This document shows, piece after piece, positions 20,114 through 30,719 of a stretch of DNA of 64,000 nt. Position 1 is the first letter of the stretch, and every line of letters begins with the position of its first letter. The stretch is from a virus. Its lineage: Duplodnaviria > Caudoviricetes. The translations under genes were made by a program, and so were the position numbers. The DNA is taken from the IMG/VR virus record IMGVR_UViG_3300049794_000047; one strand, 5' to 3'. The notes under the pieces are model-generated. The model was not told where the DNA came from. It was given only the letters and a program-made list of their open reading frames with translations, and did not search any database.

Positions 20114-20505
20114 CCACCAAGCTCTCAACTCGCCAGTTCATCGACAACACCATGTTGCTGAAGCTCGTCTCAGGCTCCCGCGCCAAGCGCGGCAGGGTCT
20201 TCGAGCGTCTCATGGAGACATGGAATCCGGCTGATGACGAGAACACCAGGTCTTACCAAATTGAAATCAAGATCAACGGGATCGAAGTCGATTTCGAGGA
20301 CTTCACGAGCGAGGTCAACCGTCAGCTCGACGAGATGGTCATGCGCGCCGCTCGCAGCATCATCGAGGACAGCATCCAGGAGCGGGTGCGCGCTGTATCC
20401 GACGCCATGTACGACATCGAGCAACATGTCAAGGATCTGGCGATTGCCATCGAGAACCAGGCAAGAACAGCGTGGGGCATGCCGCCGCGCATGGAGGATA
20501 AGTAA
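20110..20505 (+). CDS. Hypothetical protein
   Basis: ATGA overlap; helical composition. Confidence 0.6.
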   Translation: MTTKLSTRQFIDNTMLLKLVSGSRAKRGRVFERLMETWNPADDENTRSYQIEIKINGIEVDFEDFTSEVNRQLDEMVMRAARSIIEDSIQERVRAVSDAMYDIEQHVKDLAIAIENQARTAWGMPPRMEDK

Positions 20506-21699
20506 TCATGCCCTGGGAGATCAAGCCTGGAGACTTCATCAAGGAGGGCATCGACTTCGGGCGCGTTCTCGTGAGTGGGGCGAAGACGTTCGACGTGATC
20601 TGGGTCGGCGGCTCGACGACGCGCTATCGACACGGTGAGCGTGACATCCGGGTCGTCCCGGGCGCCGAGCTTGACGCAATGACACGCGAACAGCTGACCC
20701 AGGAAGCGGAGACCGCGCTCCGCGAGCGGCGCGCCGGTGCGCAGATCCGGCGAGGGACCGTCTCGCCGCGAAGGTAACGGTAATGAGTCGCGCTGTAAAT
20801 TAGACCAAAAAGGACTGACCCCCATGTTGCAAGGCAAGATCATTCGTGACGGACAAGACTACTTTGTCAAGGTAGGCTCTGTCACCGTTGCCATCACCAG
20901 CGACGTCCATGCCCTGATCGCACAAGAGCGCACCGAGCACGAGCAGGCACTTGCCGAGTTAGGCGTTTCGTATAAGGACATCGTCGACCGCTATAACCAG
21001 ATAGCACGCATTGTCGGCGCGGACGGCGTGGGAAGACCGACAGCCTAGCCATGATCATCAAGACCGCGACAGGCGAAGCCCTGATCATCAAGACCGCGAC
21101 AGTCGACGGCAGACAGATCGAGATCTACAAGGGCCTCACCGGCCCCCGTCCCTACTGGGCGGCCGTCAACCATCGTGCGCTGTTCCAGCGTAGGAGCCTG
21201 CACGTGCAGACGTTCGCAAACGCCGATGCCGCATGGGGCGCAGCTCTCAAAGAGGCCAAGATTCCCCCGAAAATCTCACCTGCCCGCACGGTCGGCTACT
21301 CCAACCTCGGGGGCGGAGGTCCCTTCGCACCGATGGGGGCGCCTCGCGCGGCCGACTACTTTGAGGGCAGTGGCCCGTCCGCTCCACTAGGAGCACCGCG
21401 TCGAGCTCAGAAGCGAGGGGTGCCACGACGCGCACCGAGGCGCGGTACCTCATGAACACGAGCTTCGTCCTCGTCAGCATCGAGATACCTGACGCGTTCC
21501 ACACTAGAGCACCCACCGAGCAGGAGCGGCAAGACGTCGCTCAGCTCATCCGCACATTGCTGCGCGAGGCTCTCGCCAAGAGCGCCGTCAGCGCCACCCT
21601 GGGCGGTGTGATCGCCCTGACGCCAGACGACGTCGACCGCCTCACTCAAGCGCTGCACCACGAGGCAGCACGCCGCGACGACGCTTGGCGCAAGCTCGA

Positions 21700-21930
21700 C
21701 GCCAAGTTCGTGCACCTGCGCGCCGCGATCGACCGCATCGTGTTGCTCCCGCAGGAGACCCCGTGACGCGGCGCCAAGCCCGTGAACCTTCACGTCGCGA
21801 TCGGGCGCATCGTGTTGCGCCCGCAGAAAACCCCGTGACGCGTTTCGCGCCTATCGCCAAGTTCGTGAACTCGCGTGCCGCGATCGGCCGCATCTCAGCG
21901 TATTGTGCCCGCAGGAGGACCCTATGACGC
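21700..21930 (+). repeat. Triplicated gene junction (RBS plus RTGA overlap)
   Basis: CGCATC...CCCGCAG(G/A)A..CCC.(G/A)TGACGCG occurs three times. Confidence 0.75.
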
Positions 21931-22841
21931 GCCTGGAGTTTGCGCCTCAACCGTCCGAGGTTCTCGCGAAAACAGAGCAGCTTGCCAACAATCACGACTA
22001 CTGTGAGACACGCGTCTACACGATCTGGCCCGCCAACCAAATGGATCTGCCCGCAGTGACATCCGGGGCGTGGTACCAGGAGCGCCGCTGGCTCGTGCTC
22101 GATGTCACCGACGGGCTCGCCGCGGCGCACGTCGTCGAGGGGCCTGTCGCGTACCCTGAGGCGCTCCACCGCGCGGCAGAGTTGCGGGTCGTCGCGAGGA
22201 CGAAACCCATGACCAGCGAAAAAGCCCGTGCCAGAAAGCGAGACGTCTGATGAAGCAAGCAACGCGTCGACAAAGAGCGTCCTCCGTAGCCCTGCCTGGC
22301 AAACGCGAGCGCGGTGGCCCGACCGATGACGCTCCCGCGTGTCAAGGACCAAGGACTGGCGTTACCATGATCGCAAGCGGCCCCAAGGCAGCAGAGTACA
22401 TAGCCCGCACCAACGGGCTGTGGGCCTTGTACCTGAGCACAGGGGACGTGCTGCAACCCTCAGCACCGGACAGCCCGGTACCGTTCCTGACGATGAAGGA
22501 GCGCCTTGATCTGACCCTCAACGGGTGGATGATCTTACTGTCGGATACCGAGGCCAAGATCATGACGCTGTTCCACCAGGCTGTCGGGGACGACGGACCA
22601 ACCCGCGATAACCCGTACAAGGGCAAGGCACGCGTCTATGCCTACGTCACTGGCCCGAGCGGCGGGATCACGGAGAACACGTGAAGCTGCACACGTCGGG
22701 TTCCTGCCCAGCGTACGCGATAACCTTCAGCGCGTTGGCCCTCAGCAACGCGCCGCGAGTTGTCGGCGCTGCCGCACGCGTAGTGGAACACGTCCGCGCG
22801 GTCTATATCGGGTAACTCCTCAACGAGAAGTTGGAATAAAA

Positions 22842-23348
22842 ATGAGCGAAGAAGACAAGGCAGCACTGACCTGCAGACGCGCCGAGCTCGTTACGAGCCT
22901 CGCAGGAACACTAGCTGTTGAGGATCGCGTCCGCATTCAGGAGGAGCTGTCCGTCATCAACGCCAAGATCAAGGGACTGAACACAACGCAGGCGGCACAG
23001 CTCAAGGCCACGGCCAACCAACGAAAAATCATGGGACTGGCCGAGGCCCAGGCCAACGCCGCTCGGGCCACTGCCAAGATCACCACCGGCGCCGCAGACG
23101 GCAGCGAGGACGAGGACGAGGATCCTTCCGCGATCGATGCCTGGATCGACGCCGTGCTCCTGCGGCACGACGTTGACTTCACCCGGTCCCGCGCTGGTAA
23201 GATCTCGTTCAAAAATGCCCCGGAAGAGGTGGAAGTGCTCGAGGTGCTCATCGCCGGCCTCTACGCGGCCTCGCGCGGGCAGGAGTTGCCCGAACTACCG
23301 AGCGAGGCGCCGAAGCCCAAGAAGGCTTCCAAACCCAAGAGACCTTGA
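22842..23348 (+). CDS. Hypothetical protein
   Basis: ATG after an A-rich spacer; coiled-coil-like. Confidence 0.6.
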   Translation: MSEEDKAALTCRRAELVTSLAGTLAVEDRVRIQEELSVINAKIKGLNTTQAAQLKATANQRKIMGLAEAQANAARATAKITTGAADGSEDEDEDPSAIDAWIDAVLLRHDVDFTRSRAGKISFKNAPEEVEVLEVLIAGLYAASRGQELPELPSEAPKPKKASKPKRP

Positions 23349-23360
23349 GAGATCGGGACC

Positions 23361-23491
23361 AGGTAGAAAAAGACCCACCGACATCTATGCGGCTTTGCGC
23401 GGGCAAGCCCTACCCAGAGCTAATGGGCGTGGCACCGAAACCCCAAGAGTGCCTCCAAAGCCCAAATGGGCGCCTGGGTAGAAAAAGACCC
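23361..23491. repeat. GGGT-N8-ACCC hairpin site (copy 7)
   Basis: Exact box at 23476, degenerate boxes at 23361 and 23401; stems TGGGC/GCCCA and GGCAC/GTGCC. Confidence 0.7.
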
Positions 23492-23539
23492 AGCTTTCAC
23501 AACGCCGTGAACACCGATACGAAGAAGAAATACGCATCT

Positions 23540-24430
23540 ATGCCCACGATCCTCAACCCCGAGTCGAGTCGCCTGAGTGACGAAACCATCGAATGGCTGC
23601 GCACGCACACCCGTTCGTGCACCGAGTCAGAGTTCCAAGCCGTACTCGCTGAGGTCCGCCATCACCGCACCGCGCAGCGCGCCAACGCCAGGCACGTGCA
23701 GCAAGTCGTGCGGGAGGCAGTGACCGGCTGGCTGGCCAACAACACTCCAAGCGCGTCCGCGGCGGAACGCCTGATTGCAGGAGAAGTTATCGGCAGTGCC
23801 CTTGCTGACCGCGTAGCCGTCGAGCTCGATCAGCCGTCGAATCACGATGCGCTCAGTGCCCGCCGCAGACACATGGCTGCGACTGCTGCGACTGCTGCGA
23901 CTGCTGCGACCGCTGCGGCCACTATCACCAGCGCCAAGAGGTCAACCGTGGATAACCTGAACGACATCACGCCGACCGCGCTCGACAACTTGGAGCGAGA
24001 TCTCGACGCGCAACCGCGCCTCCTGTCCGCGTTTTGCGCGGACCGCCTCGCCGAGTTGCGGTTCCACCTCCACGTCAAGACGCTGGTCGTCGAGCTACGT
24101 CGTCACCGCACGGCTCAACGCGCAAACGCCGAGCGCGTGCGGCAAGTCGTGCGCGCCGCTGTTAACGAGGTAAACCTAAGCAGCTTCTCGTACTACGAGT
24201 TGGCCAACAACCCGAGTCGTCTGGCCGACACCGTCGCCGACCACGCGGCCTCTGAGCTAGCGCTTCCGGAGCTGAGTGCAGAAGATGTCGACACGTTATG
24301 CTGGATGCGCGACCAGCACAAGCTGTACATCGAGTCGGCGAAACATGAGAAGCGTTCGCAGACCAGCACAGAACAGGCCGCAAGAGTTGTCGGACTGCTC
24401 GACCGCCTGCTGCTCAAAGGTGCAAAGTGA
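23540..24430 (+). CDS. Hypothetical protein with two copies of the HRTAQ module
   Basis: E.R.HRTAQRANA..V.QVVR.AV occurs twice; (ATA)n linker. Confidence 0.65.
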   Translation: MPTILNPESSRLSDETIEWLRTHTRSCTESEFQAVLAEVRHHRTAQRANARHVQQVVREAVTGWLANNTPSASAAERLIAGEVIGSALADRVAVELDQPSNHDALSARRRHMAATAATAATAATAAATITSAKRSTVDNLNDITPTALDNLERDLDAQPRLLSAFCADRLAELRFHLHVKTLVVELRRHRTAQRANAERVRQVVRAAVNEVNLSSFSYYELANNPSRLADTVADHAASELALPELSAEDVDTLCWMRDQHKLYIESAKHEKRSQTSTEQAARVVGLLDRLLLKGAK

Positions 24431-24519
24431 TCGGTCTGCCCTCAGGGAGCACGTTACGCTTCTTGAAGAAGCTTGCCAACCGGGCCCGGCTTCCCCGTGG
24501 ACAGAGGAAATCTGTATCC

Positions 24520-24568
24520 GGGTATCTTGATACTCAGTCAACGTCGCGACACGGGTAAATCTATACCC
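24520..24568. repeat. Paired GGGT-N8-ACCC site (copy 8), upstream of the ParB-like gene
   Basis: Exact box at 24553, degenerate box at 24520. Confidence 0.7.
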
Positions 24569-24649
24569 AGCTCTGCATGATCACGCCTTTGCAAGTCCTG
24601 TCCAGGGGCTTGGCGCCTGGCACGCCTCGCGCAAACACAGGGAATCACC

Positions 24650-25555
24650 ATGTCCAAGACTTTCAAGCACGCATCCCGCACCGATGCCCAGAGCATCAAC
24701 CCCCTGTACCTTCGTATCGTCGGCGGGCTGGCTCTCCCCGAGGACGAACGGGGGCCCCTCGACACCGAAGTGGACGAGAACAGCCCGTTTCACGCCCACG
24801 ACGTGCTCCGCCCCCTCGACCCCCGCGACGTCGATGACGTGTTCGAACAGGGTGTGATCGCATCCATCGAGGTCGTCCGCGACAACGACATCCCGACGGT
24901 CAACTGGGGCCGGGGGCGCGTCCGGAAGGCCCGCGTGGCGAACCTCCGGCGCAAGAAGGAGGGCCTGCCTCTCATCGAGGTCAAGTTCATCGTCGTCCGC
25001 ATCACCAAGGGTCTCCAGTTGCTCAAGCGGGCCTTCGCCGAGAACCTCCGCCGCAAGACCTTCGGTCTGCTCGACCAGATCGAGCTCGCCAAGCAGCTCC
25101 TGCTGCATGGCGCCAGTGAGGAGGCTGCCGCAAAGGAGATCGGCATCCCCATCAGCCGCTTCAAGGCGGTGATGGCCTTCGAGGACAACGCCACCCCGAC
25201 CGTGAAGGAGGCCCTGCGGCAGGACCGCCTGAGCCCGAGCGCCGGGTTCGTGCTCGCCGCGATCACCGATCCCGCCGAGCAGGACCAGCGCCTCGCCGAG
25301 CTCCTGACCGCCCCCAAGCCCACGGTGCGCGCCGCAAGGCAGCTGAGTGGCAAGACGGAGGACGCCCCCCCGCGACGTCCCATGCAGAAGCGGCTCCTCG
25401 CGAGGGTCGACAAGCACGCGCGGGGGAACGAGTGGATGCAGGGCGCCAAGGCGGCGCTGAGCTGGATCATCGATGGGACCCTGCACAAGGATCTCGCCAA
25501 GCTCTTCGACAGCGCGGAGGAGCCCGTCGCCGCGGGTAAGAAGAAGACGACGTGA
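24650..25555 (+). CDS. ParB/RepB/Spo0J-like protein
   Basis: GRGRVRKA (GxxR-like), AENLRRK...DQIELAKQL, HTH SEEAAAKEIGIPISRF. Confidence 0.7.
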   Translation: MSKTFKHASRTDAQSINPLYLRIVGGLALPEDERGPLDTEVDENSPFHAHDVLRPLDPRDVDDVFEQGVIASIEVVRDNDIPTVNWGRGRVRKARVANLRRKKEGLPLIEVKFIVVRITKGLQLLKRAFAENLRRKTFGLLDQIELAKQLLLHGASEEAAAKEIGIPISRFKAVMAFEDNATPTVKEALRQDRLSPSAGFVLAAITDPAEQDQRLAELLTAPKPTVRAARQLSGKTEDAPPRRPMQKRLLARVDKHARGNEWMQGAKAALSWIIDGTLHKDLAKLFDSAEEPVAAGKKKTT

Positions 25556-25715
25556 ACACCGCGGGTCGAGACGTCGTGAGCACTGCGGGTCGAGGCGACG
25601 TGAGCGCCGCGGATCGAGGCGTCGTGAGCGCCACAGATCGAGACGTCGTGAGCGCCGCGGATCGAGACGTCGTGAGCGCCGCGGAGCGCAGCTGGGAGAC
25701 ATCGTGAGCACTGCG
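25545..25715 (+). repeat. 24-bp degenerate tandem repeat (about 6 copies) across the ParB-like stop codon
   Basis: GTGAGCRCCGCGGRTCGAGRCGTC units. Confidence 0.85.
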
Positions 25716-26496
25716 GGGCGCATCTGGGAGCTCTGGGCCTACCGCCACGAGAACGGAGAGCTCTGGCACGCCTGGCACGTCTCGGCCGCCTGGGACGCCT
25801 CGGCCGCCTGGGACGCGCTGATCCACTACTACGCGGCGACGAGTCGCTGGGTGCCAGGATCCCCGGACCTATTCACCATCGGGATTCGTGCTGCCTACAC
25901 CGCGGGGCTCGCGGTCGCGTTGCCCATAGGACCGAATGAGCTCGGCTGGGCGATGGAGGGCGTATAGTGCGCCCGCCGATCAGCGGTCCGGTACTCTGCG
26001 CCTGTGGCTGGTACGGCACCCAGCACCAGTACTCCCCCTGTCCCGCATGCAGGAGGCCGTACGGCGATCAGGTGACGCCCGCGCGTTTAGCGCTCCTGCG
26101 CGCGTTTGCCACGAACGCGCAGTCTCCGCGCAAGCGCGAGCGCCTCGCGGAGTTGGTCAGGCTGGATCTGGTGAGCGCCAGCGGCCCGGCCTTGAGCGGC
26201 CGCAAGGTCAAGGGTGCCAAGGCGTCGTTGCGACCGTATGCACCGACGGCTAACGGCTGCAAGGTGCTTGAGGTCGCTGACCGCATTGTCGCTGAACAGA
26301 CCCGGCACAACCTCATCGTTGAGCAGACCCGTCACGACGTCGCCGCGAGCGTCGCGCGACACGCAAGCGTCGCGGAGCCCCGCGATGTCGCGCCACGTGC
26401 CATACCGCCGTGGAAGGCCTCACTGTAATTATGCTGTGTGTGGAAAAGAGACCAAAACTGCGCAGCTCCGTGTGCGCCCCCCGCGGGAAAATCTTA

Positions 26497-26582
26497 GGGG
26501 CTGGAACGAAATAACCTGGTCGTTTCATGCAGTTTCTCGTCGAGGAATCGTCGAAACGACCAAGTTATTAAAGTCCAGCCCC
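26497..26582 (+). mobile_element. MITE family A, copy 3
   Basis: TTA duplicated; CGTTT/AAACG variant. Confidence 0.9.
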
Positions 26583-26613
26583 TTAGCAAGCACCTCAGCG
26601 AAAGAAATACCCA

Positions 26614-27132
26614 ATGAGTAACCAAAACGCCCTTGGTCCAATGCGCATTGAATCAAGAGAAGACGCCACGCGGATCGCCCAGCAGGTGGTCGAGCGCGAC
26701 ACGAAGATCGCCGCGCTCGTCGCGGACCTGCGGGACAAGGACATGCTGGGCCTGGAGTGTGGCGAAGCGGTCCAGCTGGAAAGGCTCTCTGCGGAGAACG
26801 CCGTCGCCGCAGGGACCCTCGCCCAGTGGTTCCTGAGACAACCCCTTCCCCTGGTGAAGCCGCAGATCTGTCTCGTCCTCGTACGCCCCGACGGACGCCA
26901 CGCAAACGTCGAGATCGGCGGCAACCGGATCACGCCCACGATGCTGGTCGCTGCCGAAGACTTGCTCCACACGCTCATGACCGGCGAGCGTCAGTTGCCC
27001 AAGGACCTCTACGACATCGTTGCACGCGCCTTCTGCACGACGCGCGACGATGCGAAGGGACGAATTCTGTGCGCAGGTTACGGCGGGAAGGGTGTCCCTG
27101 TGATCTTGCCGCCGGAGGAACCGTCGGCGTGA
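26614..27132 (+). CDS. Hypothetical protein
   Basis: ORF track; GTGA overlap with next ORF. Confidence 0.6.
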   Translation: MSNQNALGPMRIESREDATRIAQQVVERDTKIAALVADLRDKDMLGLECGEAVQLERLSAENAVAAGTLAQWFLRQPLPLVKPQICLVLVRPDGRHANVEIGGNRITPTMLVAAEDLLHTLMTGERQLPKDLYDIVARAFCTTRDDAKGRILCAGYGGKGVPVILPPEEPSA

Positions 27133-27764
27133 AGAAGTCGCTCCAGCACGAGATCACACTCGACCTGGCCTCTGGCGCCCGCCTCAGGCTTCTCTACTTC
27201 TCGGACCGCGAGCTACGCTGGATCTTCTCCTACGACTATGTCGGTCCGAAGCGCCCCGGTGAAACCCCTGGCGTCATTCACGGCCTCCCACTCACGGCTG
27301 ACTACTTTTCCTACGAACCCCGCAGGAAGCGATCAAGCGAAACCCCTGGAATTGTCAACGATGTCCGGCTCGTCGCCAACTACGCTGACGGCCTCCTGGA
27401 GGGGCGCTTCGTGCTGTCAATGCATGTCGTAATCCCAAACCGCCTCGGTCAAAGGTTCTTCACGGGTCTAGATATTTCGCCAGGAGCCAAGACATACCTG
27501 GCGTTCAACTACGAGCGCTCTGCCGATGAGTACCTGTTGACTGAAATCTGTAAAGGAATAGAACGGGTGCACCTCAACGGAGTGAAACCCGCGATTATCC
27601 GGCCTGTCGCCTTCCCGTTCCCGGTGCCAGACCGCATCCCCGTCAAGCTCGGCAAGCTCCAGGTACCGTTTCGTACGCACACGGACGACATCGCCCACTT
27701 CGATCTGCCGGAGAGAACCCTGCAAGACAACGCTGCTTGGGCTCCACACCATCAACGCCCCTGA
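27129..27764 (+). CDS. Hypothetical protein with internal duplication
   Basis: FSY...KR..ETPG.....L.A.Y occurs twice. Confidence 0.55.
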   Translation: MKKSLQHEITLDLASGARLRLLYFSDRELRWIFSYDYVGPKRPGETPGVIHGLPLTADYFSYEPRRKRSSETPGIVNDVRLVANYADGLLEGRFVLSMHVVIPNRLGQRFFTGLDISPGAKTYLAFNYERSADEYLLTEICKGIERVHLNGVKPAIIRPVAFPFPVPDRIPVKLGKLQVPFRTHTDDIAHFDLPERTLQDNAAWAPHHQRP

Positions 27765-28713
27765 TCTTTCAAAACCCCTACCGGCATACAAGGATCCCGT
27801 GCTGACCAAAACACACACCGCCAGTCTCAACGTCAACTTGGAGTTCGCAGGCTTCTTCGAGAGGCTCGGCTACAGCGTGACGTACGAAGGTCGGCGAGAA
27901 ACGGGCGAGCGTTGGTACGAGATTTATGACGACGCGGGCATCATCTTCCAGGTCCCCTGGGGGACACCGCTCCCAGAATTTCTCGCCGACTTGCCGTACC
28001 TCGCCGAGGGCAAGCCCGGCATCGGGCCGACCAACTACTGGTGTGCCTGTGATGATGACAAGAAACTACACGCGTTGCTCGCGCGTGTTCGATCAGCGCA
28101 GGCCAACGAAGGTGCTTCTCCGGTAGAAGGTTCATGAACGAAACCAGATCTGCCTCGATGCGGTGGTCGTATTACTACGCCTGCCGATACCTCGCTGTAA
28201 ACGGCCCGGCGACGGCCGACATGGTGGGTGCAGTTGTGTGGAAGGACAAGAAGCGCGGAAAAACGACGTCGAGCGGCGGAGGCGGCGACTACGCGGCCCA
28301 GATGTTACTCGGCCGCATGAAGAGGGCCGGGCTGGTACGCCATGCGCCGAGCGAGGGCTCAACACGTTGGGAAGTCACGCCCCTCGGACGCACGAAGGCG
28401 GCCAGATGAGGCGCGAGGTGTTCATGTTCCGGGATCCAGCCGCTGCTCGAACAGCCGCCGTGGACTCACCAAGCGTTCCGGGCAAACACCGCCGGAGGGG
28501 AAACGAGGACTGGCGCGTCGAGCCGTGCCAATGCTGCAAGTCGCTCGCGATGCTGTGGTGGCGGTTCTGCCCGTTCTGCGGTACGGTACTGCCAACGGCA
28601 CTCGACGGGAAAGTCGTGAAACAGACGTCGAAGCCTCCTCGCTCCGTCAAGCCGCCCCGCACCGTCAAACGTCCTGTCTGCGCAACGCCAGGGGCTCGAA
28701 AAGTTAAACTCCC

Positions 28714-29241
28714 ATGAAAAGAGCACGCTTCTTGTCGAAGAACCCCTCGAAGGCCAAGCACGTCGGTCAACCACTCACGGCACGCGAGAACGAGGTCCTC
28801 TGGCTCATCACGGAAGGCTTGTCCAACAAAGTGATCGCCGATCGGCTGGATATCAGCACGCACACCGTCAAGTTTCACCTTATGAACGCCGGAAAGAAAA
28901 TCGGATCGACCTCACGCACGAAAGCTGCCGTCGACTTCATCCGGTACCAGGGAAACTCCGCGCAGGGCCGAGGCGACCCCACGTCAGCTAGCTCAGAGTT
29001 CACGGAGCGCCGAAACAAACGGCTCGAGGCCACCAACCGGAAAGACGGCGAAAGCACCGCTGCAAAGGACAACTGGATCAGCGGCTTCGCCGTAGCCCTC
29101 GCCCAGGTCCACCGCCACAGCGGAGGAAGTACCGTCGTCTGTGAGACTGCGCGCCACGCCGGGCTGACGCTCGCAGTTGCGTGCAGGGCCGGGGTATCCT
29201 CATTCGACCTTGAAGAGCTCGAGAGGGCGAAGGTCCCGTGA
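28714..29241 (+). CDS. LuxR-type HTH transcriptional regulator
   Basis: LTARENEVLWLITEGLSNKVIADRLDISTHTVKFHL...SRTKA. Confidence 0.9.
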   Translation: MKRARFLSKNPSKAKHVGQPLTARENEVLWLITEGLSNKVIADRLDISTHTVKFHLMNAGKKIGSTSRTKAAVDFIRYQGNSAQGRGDPTSASSEFTERRNKRLEATNRKDGESTAAKDNWISGFAVALAQVHRHSGGSTVVCETARHAGLTLAVACRAGVSSFDLEELERAKVP

Positions 29242-29288
29242 CGCACACCGGACCCGCTGACGCGGCGCCGCGATTCCGTACAATGAAG

Positions 29289-30429
29289 CATGCTTATCCG
29301 GTTAGCTCCCAATAACCCGTGATTCTCTCATTCAAATATCGCCTGAAGGGCCAGCGCTGCATCCGTCAACTTCGACGGGGCGCCTGTATGGTGAACCGCG
29401 TCTGGAACTACAGCGTGCAGACGCAGCATTCGGTTCAGCGGACCTGCCGGGATGGACTTTCCCCTCGGTGGCCCTCCAAGTACGATCTTCAAAAACTCAC
29501 GGGTGGCACCTCCCAAGATCTAGGTCTTCATGCCCAAACGATCCAAGGGGTGTGCGAGCAGTTCACGAAGTCGCGCGACCTTCACAAAAAGTGCCCCCGT
29601 TTCCGTCGCTCTGGAGGGGCCAGGCGCTCCCTCGGTTGGATTCCATTTCAAAAGCAGTCTCGGCAGATCACCGCCAACTCGATCACCTACCTCGGCAACA
29701 CGTACCGCTTCTTCGGCTCGAAGAAGCGCCCCCTCCCTGAGACTGCGAAGGGCGGCTGTTTCGTTGAGGATGCACGCGGCCACTGGTGGGTCTGCTTCCA
29801 TGTCGAGGTGCCGGATGATCTGCCCAGGGCACCAGACACCGCGGTCGGGATCGATTTTGGTCTCACGACGTTGGCAACGCTTTCGACCGGCGAGAAGATC
29901 GAGGCCCCCCGGACGTACCGTCGCTACGAGGAGAAGTTGATCGTCGCGCAGCGCGCGAATAACAGGTTCCGTGTTCGGGCACTGCACGTCAAGATCGCAA
30001 ACATCCGTCGGGACCACATGCACAAGTGGACGACGAAGGTGGCCCGATCCCATCGGACAATCTTCGTCGGTAACGTCTCAAGCTCTCAGCTCGCGAAGAC
30101 AAAGATGGCGAAGTCCGTCTACGACGCGGGCTGGTCGACTTCTCGAAACGCCCTCCGCTACAAAGCCAGCAGGCACGGGGGAACGTTCCGAGAGGTGGAT
30201 GAAGTTTCGACATTCACGACCCAAACCTGCTCGACGACGGGGATTCTCCCGCCGGAGAGGCCGAGAGGTATCGCAGGCCTTGGAATAAGAGAGTGGGGGT
30301 GTTCTGCCTGTGGAGAAATCCACGACCGCGACGTGAATGCGGCCCGGAACATCCTTAAACTCGGGCTGAGTGCTCAGCCTCTTGTGGAAGAAAGCCGGGT
30401 TGCCCATGGGCGTTAACCGGATAAGCACG
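29289..30429 (+). mobile_element. TnpB-only element 1 with ~23-bp TIRs and 8-bp TSD (CAATGAAG)
   Basis: Left end CATGCTTATCCGGTTAGCTCCCA, right end TGGGCGTTAACCGGATAAGCACG; CAATGAAG at 29281 and 30430. Confidence 0.9.
29319..30416 (+). CDS. tnpB: RNA-guided endonuclease TnpB
   Basis: FKYRL, VWN, VGIDFGL (RuvC-I), DAGW, YKA, HDRDVNAARNI (RuvC-III). Confidence 0.95.
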   Translation: MILSFKYRLKGQRCIRQLRRGACMVNRVWNYSVQTQHSVQRTCRDGLSPRWPSKYDLQKLTGGTSQDLGLHAQTIQGVCEQFTKSRDLHKKCPRFRRSGGARRSLGWIPFQKQSRQITANSITYLGNTYRFFGSKKRPLPETAKGGCFVEDARGHWWVCFHVEVPDDLPRAPDTAVGIDFGLTTLATLSTGEKIEAPRTYRRYEEKLIVAQRANNRFRVRALHVKIANIRRDHMHKWTTKVARSHRTIFVGNVSSSQLAKTKMAKSVYDAGWSTSRNALRYKASRHGGTFREVDEVSTFTTQTCSTTGILPPERPRGIAGLGIREWGCSACGEIHDRDVNAARNILKLGLSAQPLVEESRVAHGR

Positions 30430-30431
30430 CA

Positions 30432-30707
30432 ATGAAGATCAGACGCAAGACCGGCCCTTCACAACTGTCCCGCCAGGCCCGGGCGATACTGTCACGCACG
30501 GCCATCGCCCAGGGAGCAATCGACGCCGCCGTCACAGACGTCGTGGTCGAGGGCGGCCCGCCTGAGCTCGGCCCCAAACGGAAGACCGCGCAGCGCGCCT
30601 GGCTCGACCGGGACATTACGAAGCGTGTCCGCAACGGTGGTGTTTCAGCACCGAACCCGAAGGGCCCTATGAAAGGCCTCGTCCCTGCTCCTCGGCTCCC
30701 CACCTGA
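30432..30707 (+). CDS. Hypothetical protein whose start codon lies in the TSD
   Basis: ATG AAG is inside CAATGAAG. Confidence 0.5.
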   Translation: MKIRRKTGPSQLSRQARAILSRTAIAQGAIDAAVTDVVVEGGPPELGPKRKTAQRAWLDRDITKRVRNGGVSAPNPKGPMKGLVPAPRLPT

Positions 30708-30719
30708 AAGGCACCGCCT

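Noticed and set aside
25545-25715. 24-bp repeats (also the 45- and 66-bp arrays) as a CRISPR array
   Set aside because: Units are contiguous with no unique spacers, and there are no cas genes.
29289-30429. Ordinary IS200/IS605 or IS607 assignment for the tnpB genes
   Set aside because: No tnpA is present, and the TIRs with 8-bp duplications do not fit those mechanisms.
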